From Planctomycetaceae bacterium (lineage in GTDB: Bacteria > Planctomycetota > Phycisphaerae > Phycisphaerales > SM1A02), in the NCBI GenBank assembly GCA_027483065.1, contig JAIXVI010000304.1, positions 1-58,139 on the forward strand: 58,139 bases of DNA, in the 5' to 3' direction. Every line of letters starts with the position of its first letter. Positions within the stretch are counted from its first letter, which is position 1. The position numbers were made by a program, and so were the translations under genes. The notes beneath the pieces are model-generated. The model saw nothing but the letters and a program-made list of their open reading frames with translations, was not told the DNA's origin and ran no database searches. This document shows positions 18,553 to 26,634 of the stretch, one piece after another.

Positions 18553-20682
18553 TCAGCGGCAGCAGCCGGTTTGCCACATGACAAACGACCACTGGTCCAC
18601 TTCGTCCTCGATGCGCTTCGCAAGTGGCTTTCCTTGGCCGTGTCCTGCGTCACGATCGACCCACAGCATGATTGGTTTGGTCGTGACGTCGTTCGCGGCG
18701 CGCTCTTGGACGCGCGCGACAAACTTCCGTGCGTGCAACGGGTGAACGCGCGAATCATTCTCGCCCGCGGTCACCAAAAGCGCGGGGTACTGCACACCCG
18801 ACTTGATGTTGTGATAGGGCGAGTACGCGTAGAGCCACTTGAATTCATCGGCGTTTTCACTCGATCCGTACTCCGGCGTCCAGTAGCGCGCGATGAGGAA
18901 ATCTTGGAAGCGGATCATGTCGAGAAGCGGCACACCGACAATCGCGGCAGCGAAAAGATCGGGTCGTTGCGTGCTCGCGACGCCAGTCAAGAGACCGCCG
19001 TTCGAGCCACCTTCAATCGCAAGATGCGCGGGGCTCGTGTACTTCTCAGCGATGAGCCACTCCGCACACGCGTAGAAGTCGTCGTAGACATTCTGCTTGT
19101 TTCCGCGCATACCAGCGCGGTGCCAATCCTCACCGTACTCGCCGCCGCCGCGAAGATTGGCGACGACATAAACGCCGCCAGCGTCAAGCCATGGAACAAT
19201 CGACGGATTGAACGCCGGCGTCAGTGAAACGTTGAAGCCACCGTAGCCGTAGAGCAGCGTGGGATTCGCGCCGTTGCGAGGCATGTCCTTCTTGCGAACG
19301 ATGAACATCGGCACCTTCGTGCCATCTTTCGAAGTCGCGCGGACTTGCTCCACGGTGTACTTCGAAAGATCTCCGGGCACCTTGGTTTCAGCCCAGACGC
19401 GCATCTTTGGATGAATGACGTTGGTTTGATAAATCGTGCGCGGCGCGTCGTAGCTCGTGTAGGTGACGAACGCTTCTGCGCGGCGGTGATCGGTGGAAAC
19501 GCTCGCAGTTCCAAGGCCTGGAAGTGGAATTTCTCGCAGAACCTTGCCGTCGAACGACATCACTTCGAAACGCGAGCAGACGTCTTTCGACCAACTCGTG
19601 ACGAAGCAGTCCTTCGCGATCGAAACACCCTCGAGCACCATGTCGCTGCGCTCCGCGAGGATCGTTTTCCAATTCGCGCGCTCGGGCTTCGCGAGATCAA
19701 TCGCGACAACGCTTCCCTTGGGAGAGCCGAAGCTCGTTGTGATGAAGAGCGTGTTTCCGATGACGTCGATCGGATCGAAGCGTCCATCGAGGCCTTCCGC
19801 GAGCACCGTCTTGCGCAGTTCACCCTTCTCAAGCCAAGGGGCCATCGGCGCAATCCAAAGATCATTCGCTTGCCAACCCTTGGAGAGGCTGCCAAGGAGC
19901 CACTTGCCATCGGTCGATGGGCCTGCGCCTGGGATTTCGCTTGGATTCGTTTGCTTGACGACGATCGCGTCCTTTGCGACGTCGCTGCCGATCATGTGAA
20001 AGCGCGTTTCGCGGGAATACGGATCCTTCACATCACGCAACGCTGAGTAGAAGAAACTCTTCCCGTCGGGCATCCATCCGGAGAAACTCACTTTGCCTGC
20101 GATGGTGTCAGAGAGCCACTTTCCTGAGGAAACATCGAGAATCTGCAATTGGCTCATCTCGCTGCCCTTTTGCGAGGTGCCGAATGCCATGAGCGTGCCT
20201 TGCTCATTCGGACGCCACCAATCGAGGCTCGTGAGACCCTTTACGTCGAGCGTGTTGACGTCAAGCAGCGTGCGCGGTTCGCCGTAGGCTTCGGCGCGGA
20301 ACTGAACAACTGCTTGATTCTGCGTACCGCTCCGCTCGGAATAGAAGTAGCCCGCGTCGGTCATCGTCGGTGCGCCAACCGCGCCGAGCGTCATCCACGG
20401 CTCGAGTGCCTTCGTGAGTTGTTCGCGGCAGGGAAGCGAGCCGAGGACTTCCTTCGTGTAGTTGTTCTGCGTGGTCGTCCACGCTTCCACTTCCGGCGAG
20501 TCCTTTTCGAGCGGCTCGAGCCAACGGTAATCGTCGGTGATGGCAACGCCGTGGACGGTGTCGACGACGGGAGCCTTCTTCGTTGCTGGAGGAGTGGCGG
20601 TCATGCGAATCGGAGTGTTGCTCGCGCAGCCAAGGATCAGCGCTGGTGCGAGCGAGAGTGCGAGAAAGCGTGGCGTTTGCAT
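18553..20682 (-). CDS. Prolyl oligopeptidase (S9A), lipoprotein-type leader
   Basis: DDYRWLE N-terminal signature, beta-propeller region, and GGSNGGLL catalytic serine motif. LILGC resembles a lipobox. Confidence 0.85.
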   Translation of the reverse strand: MQTPRFLALSLAPALILGCASNTPIRMTATPPATKKAPVVDTVHGVAITDDYRWLEPLEKDSPEVEAWTTTQNNYTKEVLGSLPCREQLTKALEPWMTLGAVGAPTMTDAGYFYSERSGTQNQAVVQFRAEAYGEPRTLLDVNTLDVKGLTSLDWWRPNEQGTLMAFGTSQKGSEMSQLQILDVSSGKWLSDTIAGKVSFSGWMPDGKSFFYSALRDVKDPYSRETRFHMIGSDVAKDAIVVKQTNPSEIPGAGPSTDGKWLLGSLSKGWQANDLWIAPMAPWLEKGELRKTVLAEGLDGRFDPIDVIGNTLFITTSFGSPKGSVVAIDLAKPERANWKTILAERSDMVLEGVSIAKDCFVTSWSKDVCSRFEVMSFDGKVLREIPLPGLGTASVSTDHRRAEAFVTYTSYDAPRTIYQTNVIHPKMRVWAETKVPGDLSKYTVEQVRATSKDGTKVPMFIVRKKDMPRNGANPTLLYGYGGFNVSLTPAFNPSIVPWLDAGGVYVVANLRGGGEYGEDWHRAGMRGNKQNVYDDFYACAEWLIAEKYTSPAHLAIEGGSNGGLLTGVASTQRPDLFAAAIVGVPLLDMIRFQDFLIARYWTPEYGSSENADEFKWLYAYSPYHNIKSGVQYPALLVTAGENDSRVHPLHARKFVARVQERAANDVTTKPIMLWVDRDAGHGQGKPLAKRIEDEVDQWSFVMWQTGCCR

Positions 20683-20756
20683 AGAGGTCGTTGCCTTGGA
20701 TGGCGTGTTCGAATGGAACGGTGCGACGAGCCGACGATGGATGTCGGCCCACTCTG

Positions 20757-21569
20757 TTAACCAACAATTTCAGGGAGATTGAACAGACCCTGCGTGAGAT
20801 TGACGGGCCCTTGCGCGGTGACGAGCACATCCGCTTCGTAGTGGACACTCATCGAGCCATCGGCGGTGTACACCGGCCATTCACGGCCATTGGTGCGCGT
20901 CTCTGAAGTCGACACCGCGATCATCGGTTCGACGGCGACGAGAAGGCCTGGCTTGATTTCTTTCCACGCCTCAGGCCACTCGCCGGGGTACGAAGGAACA
21001 ACATTCGAGACAAACGGGGGCCCGTGAAGTTCCTTCCCATAGCCGTGTCCACCGAGGCCACGAATGAGCGCAAAACCGCACTCCTTCTCGACATGTCCTT
21101 GCACAGCTTTCGCGAAGTCGATGAGCGGACGACCTGGCTTCAACGCTGCGACGCCGCGGCGCAAACTCTCGACACCGCAGCGCATGAGCGCTTCGCTGAT
21201 CGCGTCGCGTTCTTTGATGGCGTATGTCCACGCAGCATCGCCAATCCAGCCTTGGTGGCGAACACCGATGTCAATCGAAATCAAGTCGCCGCGTCGCAGC
21301 GGTGACGCGCGCATGTCGTGCGTGCCATGCACGACGCAACTGTTGACGCTCAAGCATGCGTGCGAAGGGAATGGCGGATGGCCGCGAATCTTGTATCCAA
21401 CGAAGCAACTCGGAGCGTCGAGATCCTTGAGCGTCTTACCGACGAAGGCATCGATCTCAGCGAGTGTTTGTCCTTCACGGAGGTACTCGACGAGTCGCTC
21501 GTGCGTCTTCACGACGCACTCAGCAGCCTTCGTCGCTCCTTCAATGTCTGCGGGCTTCGTCACAAGCAT
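20757..21569 (-). CDS. map: Methionine aminopeptidase type I
   Basis: VVHGTHD, DIGVRHQGWIGDAAWTY, GHGYGKELHGPP and VAVEPMIA metal-ligand blocks. Start set at ATG 21569 (MLVTKPADIEGA). The longer ORF to 21962 runs through a tandem repeat and into the neighbouring gene. Confidence 0.85.
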   Translation of the reverse strand: MLVTKPADIEGATKAAECVVKTHERLVEYLREGQTLAEIDAFVGKTLKDLDAPSCFVGYKIRGHPPFPSHACLSVNSCVVHGTHDMRASPLRRGDLISIDIGVRHQGWIGDAAWTYAIKERDAISEALMRCGVESLRRGVAALKPGRPLIDFAKAVQGHVEKECGFALIRGLGGHGYGKELHGPPFVSNVVPSYPGEWPEAWKEIKPGLLVAVEPMIAVSTSETRTNGREWPVYTADGSMSVHYEADVLVTAQGPVNLTQGLFNLPEIVG

Positions 21570-21664
21570 GGGAGGGGAAATGTACCCGTTCCCGCTGGGG
21601 AAAACCGCGGATCTTCGCGTTGCCGTTGGCGCCGTGCACTGCGTGGAATCGCGCGATTTGAGCC

Positions 21665-21729
21665 AAAAATGACATCGCCGTAAAAATGACATGGCCCAAA
21701 AATGACATCGCCTAAAAATGACATCGCCT
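21665..21729. promoter_or_regulatory. AT-rich 16-nt direct repeat x4 (aaaaatgacatcgcct), iteron/operator-like, upstream of map
   Basis: Direct reading: four head-to-tail units, two of them identical. They lie ~95 nt upstream of the map start. A perfect 12-bp palindrome aatcgcgcgatt sits at 21647-21658. Confidence 0.55.
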
Positions 21730-21784
21730 CGGAATCCTCCGGGCGATGTCGCGTGGTGGATGGACTGTCTGGCGCTTGCCGAGG

Positions 21785-22726
21785 TCAGGCGACCGTGCGG
21801 ACCTTCATCGTTGGTCCGCAGTTTGTCGTCGTGCCGCAGGTGCCGTTGTTCGTGTTGCCGGAATTCGTGTTGCAGCCGAAGTTCGACTCGTGATTGGTCG
21901 GCGTGTAGTTGTTCGGCGTGTTGCCGTTCCACGTGTTGTTCGTGTTGACGTTGCCGTTCCAACTATTGCCGTTCCAGCCGTTGCCGTTCCAGCCGTTGGT
22001 CTCGGTACCGTTGTTGCCCGTGAAGTTCGACGAGGTGTTGCCGTACCAGCCGTTGTTCCAGTTGGTGAACGGCGTGTTCACTGGTGCGTTGAACCAAGGG
22101 TTCGTCGCAGCGAACTGACTCCATGCGTTGAACCAGTTCCACGCGGTGTTGTTCCACGCGTTGTTGTTCCAAGCAGAGTTGTTCCACGCGTTGTTGTTCC
22201 AGCTGTTGTTCGTCCACGGCGTATTCCCGCCGTTGAAGTTCGGGAAGGTGTTTCCGCTGTTGAACCACGTTCCGGTCCACGGCGTGTTCCAGCCATTGAA
22301 GAACGTGTTCGGCGCGAAACCGTTGAAGCCGTTCCAACCATGGAAGCCGTTGAAGTTGTTCGAATTCCACGGCGTGTTCCAGCCGTTGAAGCCACCATTC
22401 AAACCGTTGTAGTGACCGAAGCCACCGAAGCTGTTCGTCCACGGATTCGCGTGGAACGCGTTCGTGCGGTTCCAGTTGTTGCTGTTCCAGTTGTTGTTGA
22501 AACTCGCGTTGTTGAACCAGGCGTTCGTCCACGGCGTGTTGCCGCCGAAGAAGTTCGCGAAGTTCGGATTCCAACCGTTGTTCCAACCGTTGTTCCAGCC
22601 GCCAGTCGGTGTGCCGTTCTGGAAACCGTTGCCGCCGCAGCAGTCGCTGCTCTCGAAGCCTGGGCAGTTGTTGCAAGTATTCGAAGGCGTAAAGGGCGAC
22701 CAGCCGTTCGGCATCGTGTTGTACAT
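21785..22726 (-). CDS. Asn/Trp/Gly/Phe-rich low-complexity protein of unknown function
   Basis: ATG at 22726 is preceded by GGAG at about -10. This frame has consistently G/C-ending codons (AAC, TGG, GGC, TTC, ACG, CCG). All other frames are also open, but only because the repetitive DNA lacks stop triplets. Start chosen to avoid overlap with hutI. Confidence 0.6.
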   Translation of the reverse strand: MYNTMPNGWSPFTPSNTCNNCPGFESSDCCGGNGFQNGTPTGGWNNGWNNGWNPNFANFFGGNTPWTNAWFNNASFNNNWNSNNWNRTNAFHANPWTNSFGGFGHYNGLNGGFNGWNTPWNSNNFNGFHGWNGFNGFAPNTFFNGWNTPWTGTWFNSGNTFPNFNGGNTPWTNNSWNNNAWNNSAWNNNAWNNTAWNWFNAWSQFAATNPWFNAPVNTPFTNWNNGWYGNTSSNFTGNNGTETNGWNGNGWNGNSWNGNVNTNNTWNGNTPNNYTPTNHESNFGCNTNSGNTNNGTCGTTTNCGPTMKVRTVA

Positions 22727-22889
22727 GTGAAACTCCGTGGGGACTCTTCGCGCGCCGCGGACCAACCCGCGACCATTGCGTGGCGCAGGGATCGGGCAAC
22801 TCGTGGCGCGACTTTGGTCACCGCTTCGAAAGTTTGGGAAATGACGATTGTGCGGGCAGTCGCCGCGCAGGAATTGCGCTTCAGCGCGA

Positions 22890-24164
22890 TCAGAACAAGA
22901 GTGCGTGACCGGCGAAGACTTCAATCGGTTCAGACATCGCCCACTCGCAGGCGAGTGCGCGCTCGTCGTGCGTCGGAAGCAGGACGAAATGCGCGCGTTT
23001 TCCGACTTCGATCGAGCCGGTTTCGTGCTCGATGCCGAGGACGCACGCGGCGTTGTAGGTTGCGGCAGTGATTGCTTCCGCAGGCGTGAGTCCGCAGAAA
23101 CGCGCCGCGAGCGCGATGATGAGAGGCATCGAGACGATCGGGCTTGAACCTGGATTACAGTTGGTTGCGATCGCGACAGCAGCGCCTTCGTCGATGAGAA
23201 GCCGACCGTTCGCGTAGCGGCCATCGAGCGTTAACCCGCAACCTGGCAGAAGCACCGCCGTCGATTGTGATCGCGCGACGCGTGTGAGCCCATCGCGCGA
23301 TGTTGCCTCAAGGTGATCAACGCTGCGCGCACCCATTTCCAAAGCTGTCTCGAGGAATCCAAGTTCGTTGAATTGATCGACGTGCACGCGCAGCGGGCAA
23401 CCGAGTGCCTGCGCGCGTTCGAAAAGGCGCTTCGTCCATGCGGGACTCCACGCGCTCTTCTCGCAATAGGCGTCGCACGCGATCGGCCCGAACTCTGCGA
23501 CGACTTCAGGCAAGAGTTCCTCGATCACGCGCGTGCAATACGCCGTCTCGTCGCCGTCGATTGCGTGTGCGCCGAGAAATGTCGGCACGAAGAAGCCGTC
23601 TCCATCGTGCTCGGCGTTGTTTCCGTGTGCGCGCACCGCTCTGAGCATTTCAAGCTCGGTCACGCGATCGAGGCCGTAGCCCGACTTCACCTCGATCGCG
23701 AGGCTGCCACGGCGGCGCATTTCATCAGTACGGCGTGCGAGGATGCGAAGGAGTCCTTCGCCGAGTGGATCGTTCGCAAACGCGTCGCGCGTGGCGCGCA
23801 CGGTGGACATGATGCCGCCGCCGCGCGCAAGAATGTCGAGATAGGGGACTCCCGCGAGTCGCTCGGCCACTTCCGCGTATCGGTTGCCGCCCCAGCACGC
23901 ATGCGTGTGGCAATCGACGAAGGCGGGCATCAAGACGCGGCCCTGCGAGTCGCACCACGCGGCCTTGATATTCGCGGGCGGATCGCCCGCACCAACCGCT
24001 GCGATACGGCCGTTGAGCGTGTGCACGTAGCCGCGCTCGATGACGCCGAGTTCGCGCATGGCATATCCACGGCGTGGACCTGCACCGTTCGACGCATCAC
24101 CGCGCGGAGTCGGTTGCGCAAGCGTGAGAATGCGAGCGTTTGTGAAGAGAACCTCGGACGCCAT
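22890..24164 (-). CDS. hutI: Imidazolonepropionase
   Basis: FVDCHTHACWGGNR (HxH metal site), GGGIMSTVRATR, HVDQF and TNCNPGSSP blocks are typical of HutI amidohydrolases. Start set at ATG 24164 (MASEVLFTNARIL). Confidence 0.85.
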   Translation of the reverse strand: MASEVLFTNARILTLAQPTPRGDASNGAGPRRGYAMRELGVIERGYVHTLNGRIAAVGAGDPPANIKAAWCDSQGRVLMPAFVDCHTHACWGGNRYAEVAERLAGVPYLDILARGGGIMSTVRATRDAFANDPLGEGLLRILARRTDEMRRRGSLAIEVKSGYGLDRVTELEMLRAVRAHGNNAEHDGDGFFVPTFLGAHAIDGDETAYCTRVIEELLPEVVAEFGPIACDAYCEKSAWSPAWTKRLFERAQALGCPLRVHVDQFNELGFLETALEMGARSVDHLEATSRDGLTRVARSQSTAVLLPGCGLTLDGRYANGRLLIDEGAAVAIATNCNPGSSPIVSMPLIIALAARFCGLTPAEAITAATYNAACVLGIEHETGSIEVGKRAHFVLLPTHDERALACEWAMSEPIEVFAGHALLF

Positions 24165-24256
24165 GCGGCGATTGTCGCAGATTCGGGCCAATCGGCTACT
24201 GTGCGGCGGTTGTTGTTCGCATGGTTGTCGCTCGCTCGTGTTCCGTGAGGTTTCCG

Positions 24257-24793
24257 ATGGAACTGATTCTCGTCCGTCACGCCAAGGCTTTCGACCGCGA
24301 CGCATCGGCGTGGCCTGACGACAGTCGGCGTCCGCTCACGGCGGAAGGCCGCGAGCAATTCGCGCGTTTCGCCAAGCGTTTACGACGACTCGTCCCAAGC
24401 GTCGATCTTGTCGAGTCGAGCGGATTTGTCCGCGCTTGGCAGACGGCGATGTTGCTCGAAGAACATGCGCGGTGGCCCAAGCCCGCGCGACTCGAACGCC
24501 TCGAGGCGCGAGACAACGCAGAAGACGAAGCAGCGCAACTCAGCGCCATGCTGCGCACGATTGCGGCGCTGCGTGCGATTCCAGTGGTTGTCTGGGTTGG
24601 CCACGAGCCGTCGCTTTCGCGCTTCGCGTCGCTGCTTCTCACAGGCTCGGCAGATGCGATGTCGATCGACTTTCGCAAAGGTGCAGCACTGTCGCTCGAA
24701 ATCGATTCAAGCCGCGAGCGCGACGATCTTCCGCGTGCGCGATTTCGTTGGATGCTGACGCCAAACGTTGCGCGGCGCATTACGAAGCGTTAA
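24257..24793 (+). CDS. sixA: Phosphohistidine phosphatase SixA-like (histidine phosphatase superfamily)
   Basis: MELILVRHAKA (RHG-type motif) and VVWVGHEPSLS (second His motif), with SixA-like length. Confidence 0.7.
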   Translation: MELILVRHAKAFDRDASAWPDDSRRPLTAEGREQFARFAKRLRRLVPSVDLVESSGFVRAWQTAMLLEEHARWPKPARLERLEARDNAEDEAAQLSAMLRTIAALRAIPVVVWVGHEPSLSRFASLLLTGSADAMSIDFRKGAALSLEIDSSRERDDLPRARFRWMLTPNVARRITKR

Positions 24794-24822
24794 ACGGTCC
24801 ATGCACCGCTCTCGCGATTCGC

Positions 24823-25230
24823 TCATGCGAGCAGTGCGTCGAGCTCACGCTGGTCTTTCGCGAAGGTGTAGAGCTTGTCGATCTTCATCATCGTGATGAC
24901 TTGCATCAGTTCCCTCGGGGTTCCGTAGAGGATCGGCTTGCCGCCAGCGGCGTGCGCCTTGTGCCGAAGCGCGATGCAGATACCTAGGCCCATCGAGCTC
25001 ATGAACGTCACCGACTGCAAGTCGATGATGAAGTACTTCAGCGTTTTGCCTGCATCACGAAGGTACGGGTCGACCTCTTGACTGATCAGCGGCGATTCGC
25101 GCTGGCCGATCTGCGGTCCGAGGAATTTGACGTACAGGAGACCAGGCTTCGTCTGAATCTCGACGAGGGTCGTCTTCTTGGTGGCAGGCAGAGAACTCAT
25201 GTGGGCAGATCCTTCTGAGAAGGATCGCAT
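24823..25230 (-). CDS. STAS-domain protein (anti-sigma-factor antagonist family)
   Basis: IIDLQSVTFMSSMGLGICIAL...GGKPILYGTPRELMQVITMMKIDKLY is typical SpoIIAA/STAS architecture. An alternative ATG is at 25200. Confidence 0.75.
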   Translation of the reverse strand: MRSFSEGSAHMSSLPATKKTTLVEIQTKPGLLYVKFLGPQIGQRESPLISQEVDPYLRDAGKTLKYFIIDLQSVTFMSSMGLGICIALRHKAHAAGGKPILYGTPRELMQVITMMKIDKLYTFAKDQRELDALLA

Positions 25231-25246
25231 CCTACATGGTTGTCAT

Positions 25247-25353
25247 GAGGTTGCCGCGAGGTCGCCGTGAGGTCGCCGCGAGATCGCCGTGAGGCGCTCA
25301 TCAGGTCGCCATCAGGTCGTTCGGAGGTCGCGCTCAGATCGCTCTGAGGTCGC
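25247..25353. repeat. ~11-nt tandem array x~9 (gaggtcgccgt)
   Basis: Direct reading: four clean 11-nt units, then degenerate copies. Confidence 0.85.
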
Positions 25354-25373
25354 GAAACACACGGGATCTTGGC

Positions 25374-26528
25374 TCAAATCGTCGCTTCCCCGACATTGGC
25401 GGCGGGCGTGGTCGCCGATTCCTCGGACGGGTTCTCCGCGGGGGCGGGTTGGGCGGGTTCGGACGGAACCTGCGCTGGCGGAGCCACGACGGGTGCCGGT
25501 TCGCGCTTCGCGCGCGCGACGGGGAAGCCGTAGATCACAATGTCGGCAGCACCGCGATCTTCTTCGCGCAGTGTGCGGCTCGAGGCGTCGATCACGGTGA
25601 TCGTGAGCACGCGGTCGCTCGGTCGTCGCGCTTCGTACTGCAGCACGGTGCCGCCGTCACGCTCGATGTGGAAACAGCCCGCGCAAAGGACGACCTTCGG
25701 CGCGCCCTGCTCACGTGCAAGTGCCGCGCTTGCGCCCATCGTTCCGTCCCACACCGATTGAGAAAGGAAAATGTTCGCGAGTCTCTCTCGCGTCGCAGCG
25801 GGATCCGCGTCGTCGTCCGATGACATGATGTCGACGAAGCGATCGAAGTACGCGTTCCATCGTTCGTTCCAGTCGCCAGCAAACGGGTCGTTGCGCTTGG
25901 TGATTGGAAGCTCGAAATCTGCGCGCTCATCGGCTGGCTTTGCACGCATCGCATCGTGGCCGATCGTGCGGGCCTCGCGGACCGCGTCGCGCGGCGCATT
26001 CGCAGCAATCACGGGCGAATCGGTGTCGCGCGCGGCATCAATCATGGGCTGGAAGAACGGCACCCACGTGTCTTTCCCCGCCCAATTTCGGCTCTCAGTT
26101 CCATCGATGAATGTGTCGACGGCAATCTCTCCGCGAAGATAGCGATCGACAAGGGGTTGCTCATTGCGTTCGAGGTGTTCGAGCGCGAGTGCGGTACCGG
26201 GATACCCCGCAGCGAGGTCCTCGAACACCGCGAGTTGCACCGCGTGCGCGACGGGGTCATCGTGTCGCTCGCCAATGAACGTGCAATCGGCCCACGATGC
26301 TGCGGCCATCACGTCAGCCCAGCCGAGCGAACGTCCCGTTGAACCCTCGAACATCGCAAGACTTCGCGGAGCGGCGGGCTCTGAGGGCACGATTGCGCCG
26401 CTTGGATCCGTGAGATTCGGGTCGCTCTTGAAGTACCGCGAGCAGCCGCCGAGTGGAAGCGAGACTGCCGCTGAGAGCGCACCGAGTGCGAAGAAAGCGA
26501 ATGCGGACGAGCGAGCGCGATCGAGCAT
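25374..26528 (-). CDS. ChaN-like (haem-binding/Tiki superfamily) lipoprotein
   Basis: PLGGC resembles a lipobox. FIGERHDDPVAHAVQLAVFEDL resembles the ChaN GE(Q/R)HD signature. The family assignment is from memory of the motif only. Confidence 0.5.
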   Translation of the reverse strand: MLDRARSSAFAFFALGALSAAVSLPLGGCSRYFKSDPNLTDPSGAIVPSEPAAPRSLAMFEGSTGRSLGWADVMAAASWADCTFIGERHDDPVAHAVQLAVFEDLAAGYPGTALALEHLERNEQPLVDRYLRGEIAVDTFIDGTESRNWAGKDTWVPFFQPMIDAARDTDSPVIAANAPRDAVREARTIGHDAMRAKPADERADFELPITKRNDPFAGDWNERWNAYFDRFVDIMSSDDDADPAATRERLANIFLSQSVWDGTMGASAALAREQGAPKVVLCAGCFHIERDGGTVLQYEARRPSDRVLTITVIDASSRTLREEDRGAADIVIYGFPVARAKREPAPVVAPPAQVPSEPAQPAPAENPSEESATTPAANVGEATI

Positions 26529-26634
26529 TCAAGCGAGTGTACCGCTGAGCGCACTTCGAAGTTTGGCTTGCGAAAGTGCGCGAATCAGCGGTTCTTGGCT
26601 TGCGATGGCGTGAGATCGGGCGCACACTCGCGAG

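Noticed and set aside
20757-21962. N-terminal extensions of the tracked ORFs for map, and similarly for hutI to 24305, purB to 56016, ispB-like to 32397, aminotransferase to 5499, nrdJ to 12435 and S1 protease to 46333
   Set aside because: The extensions overlap upstream genes or repeats and have atypical composition. Internal ATGs line up with the conserved N-termini of the families, several with GGAG upstream, so shorter coordinates were used.
21746-23071. 441-aa plus-strand ORF and 278-aa minus-strand ORF (21963-22799) overlapping the N/W-rich gene
   Set aside because: The repetitive DNA lacks stop triplets in all six frames. These frames give Val/Arg/Pro-rich or Gln/Leu/Glu/Arg-rich products with poor third-position G/C bias and no ribosome-binding site. 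The N/W frame has both.
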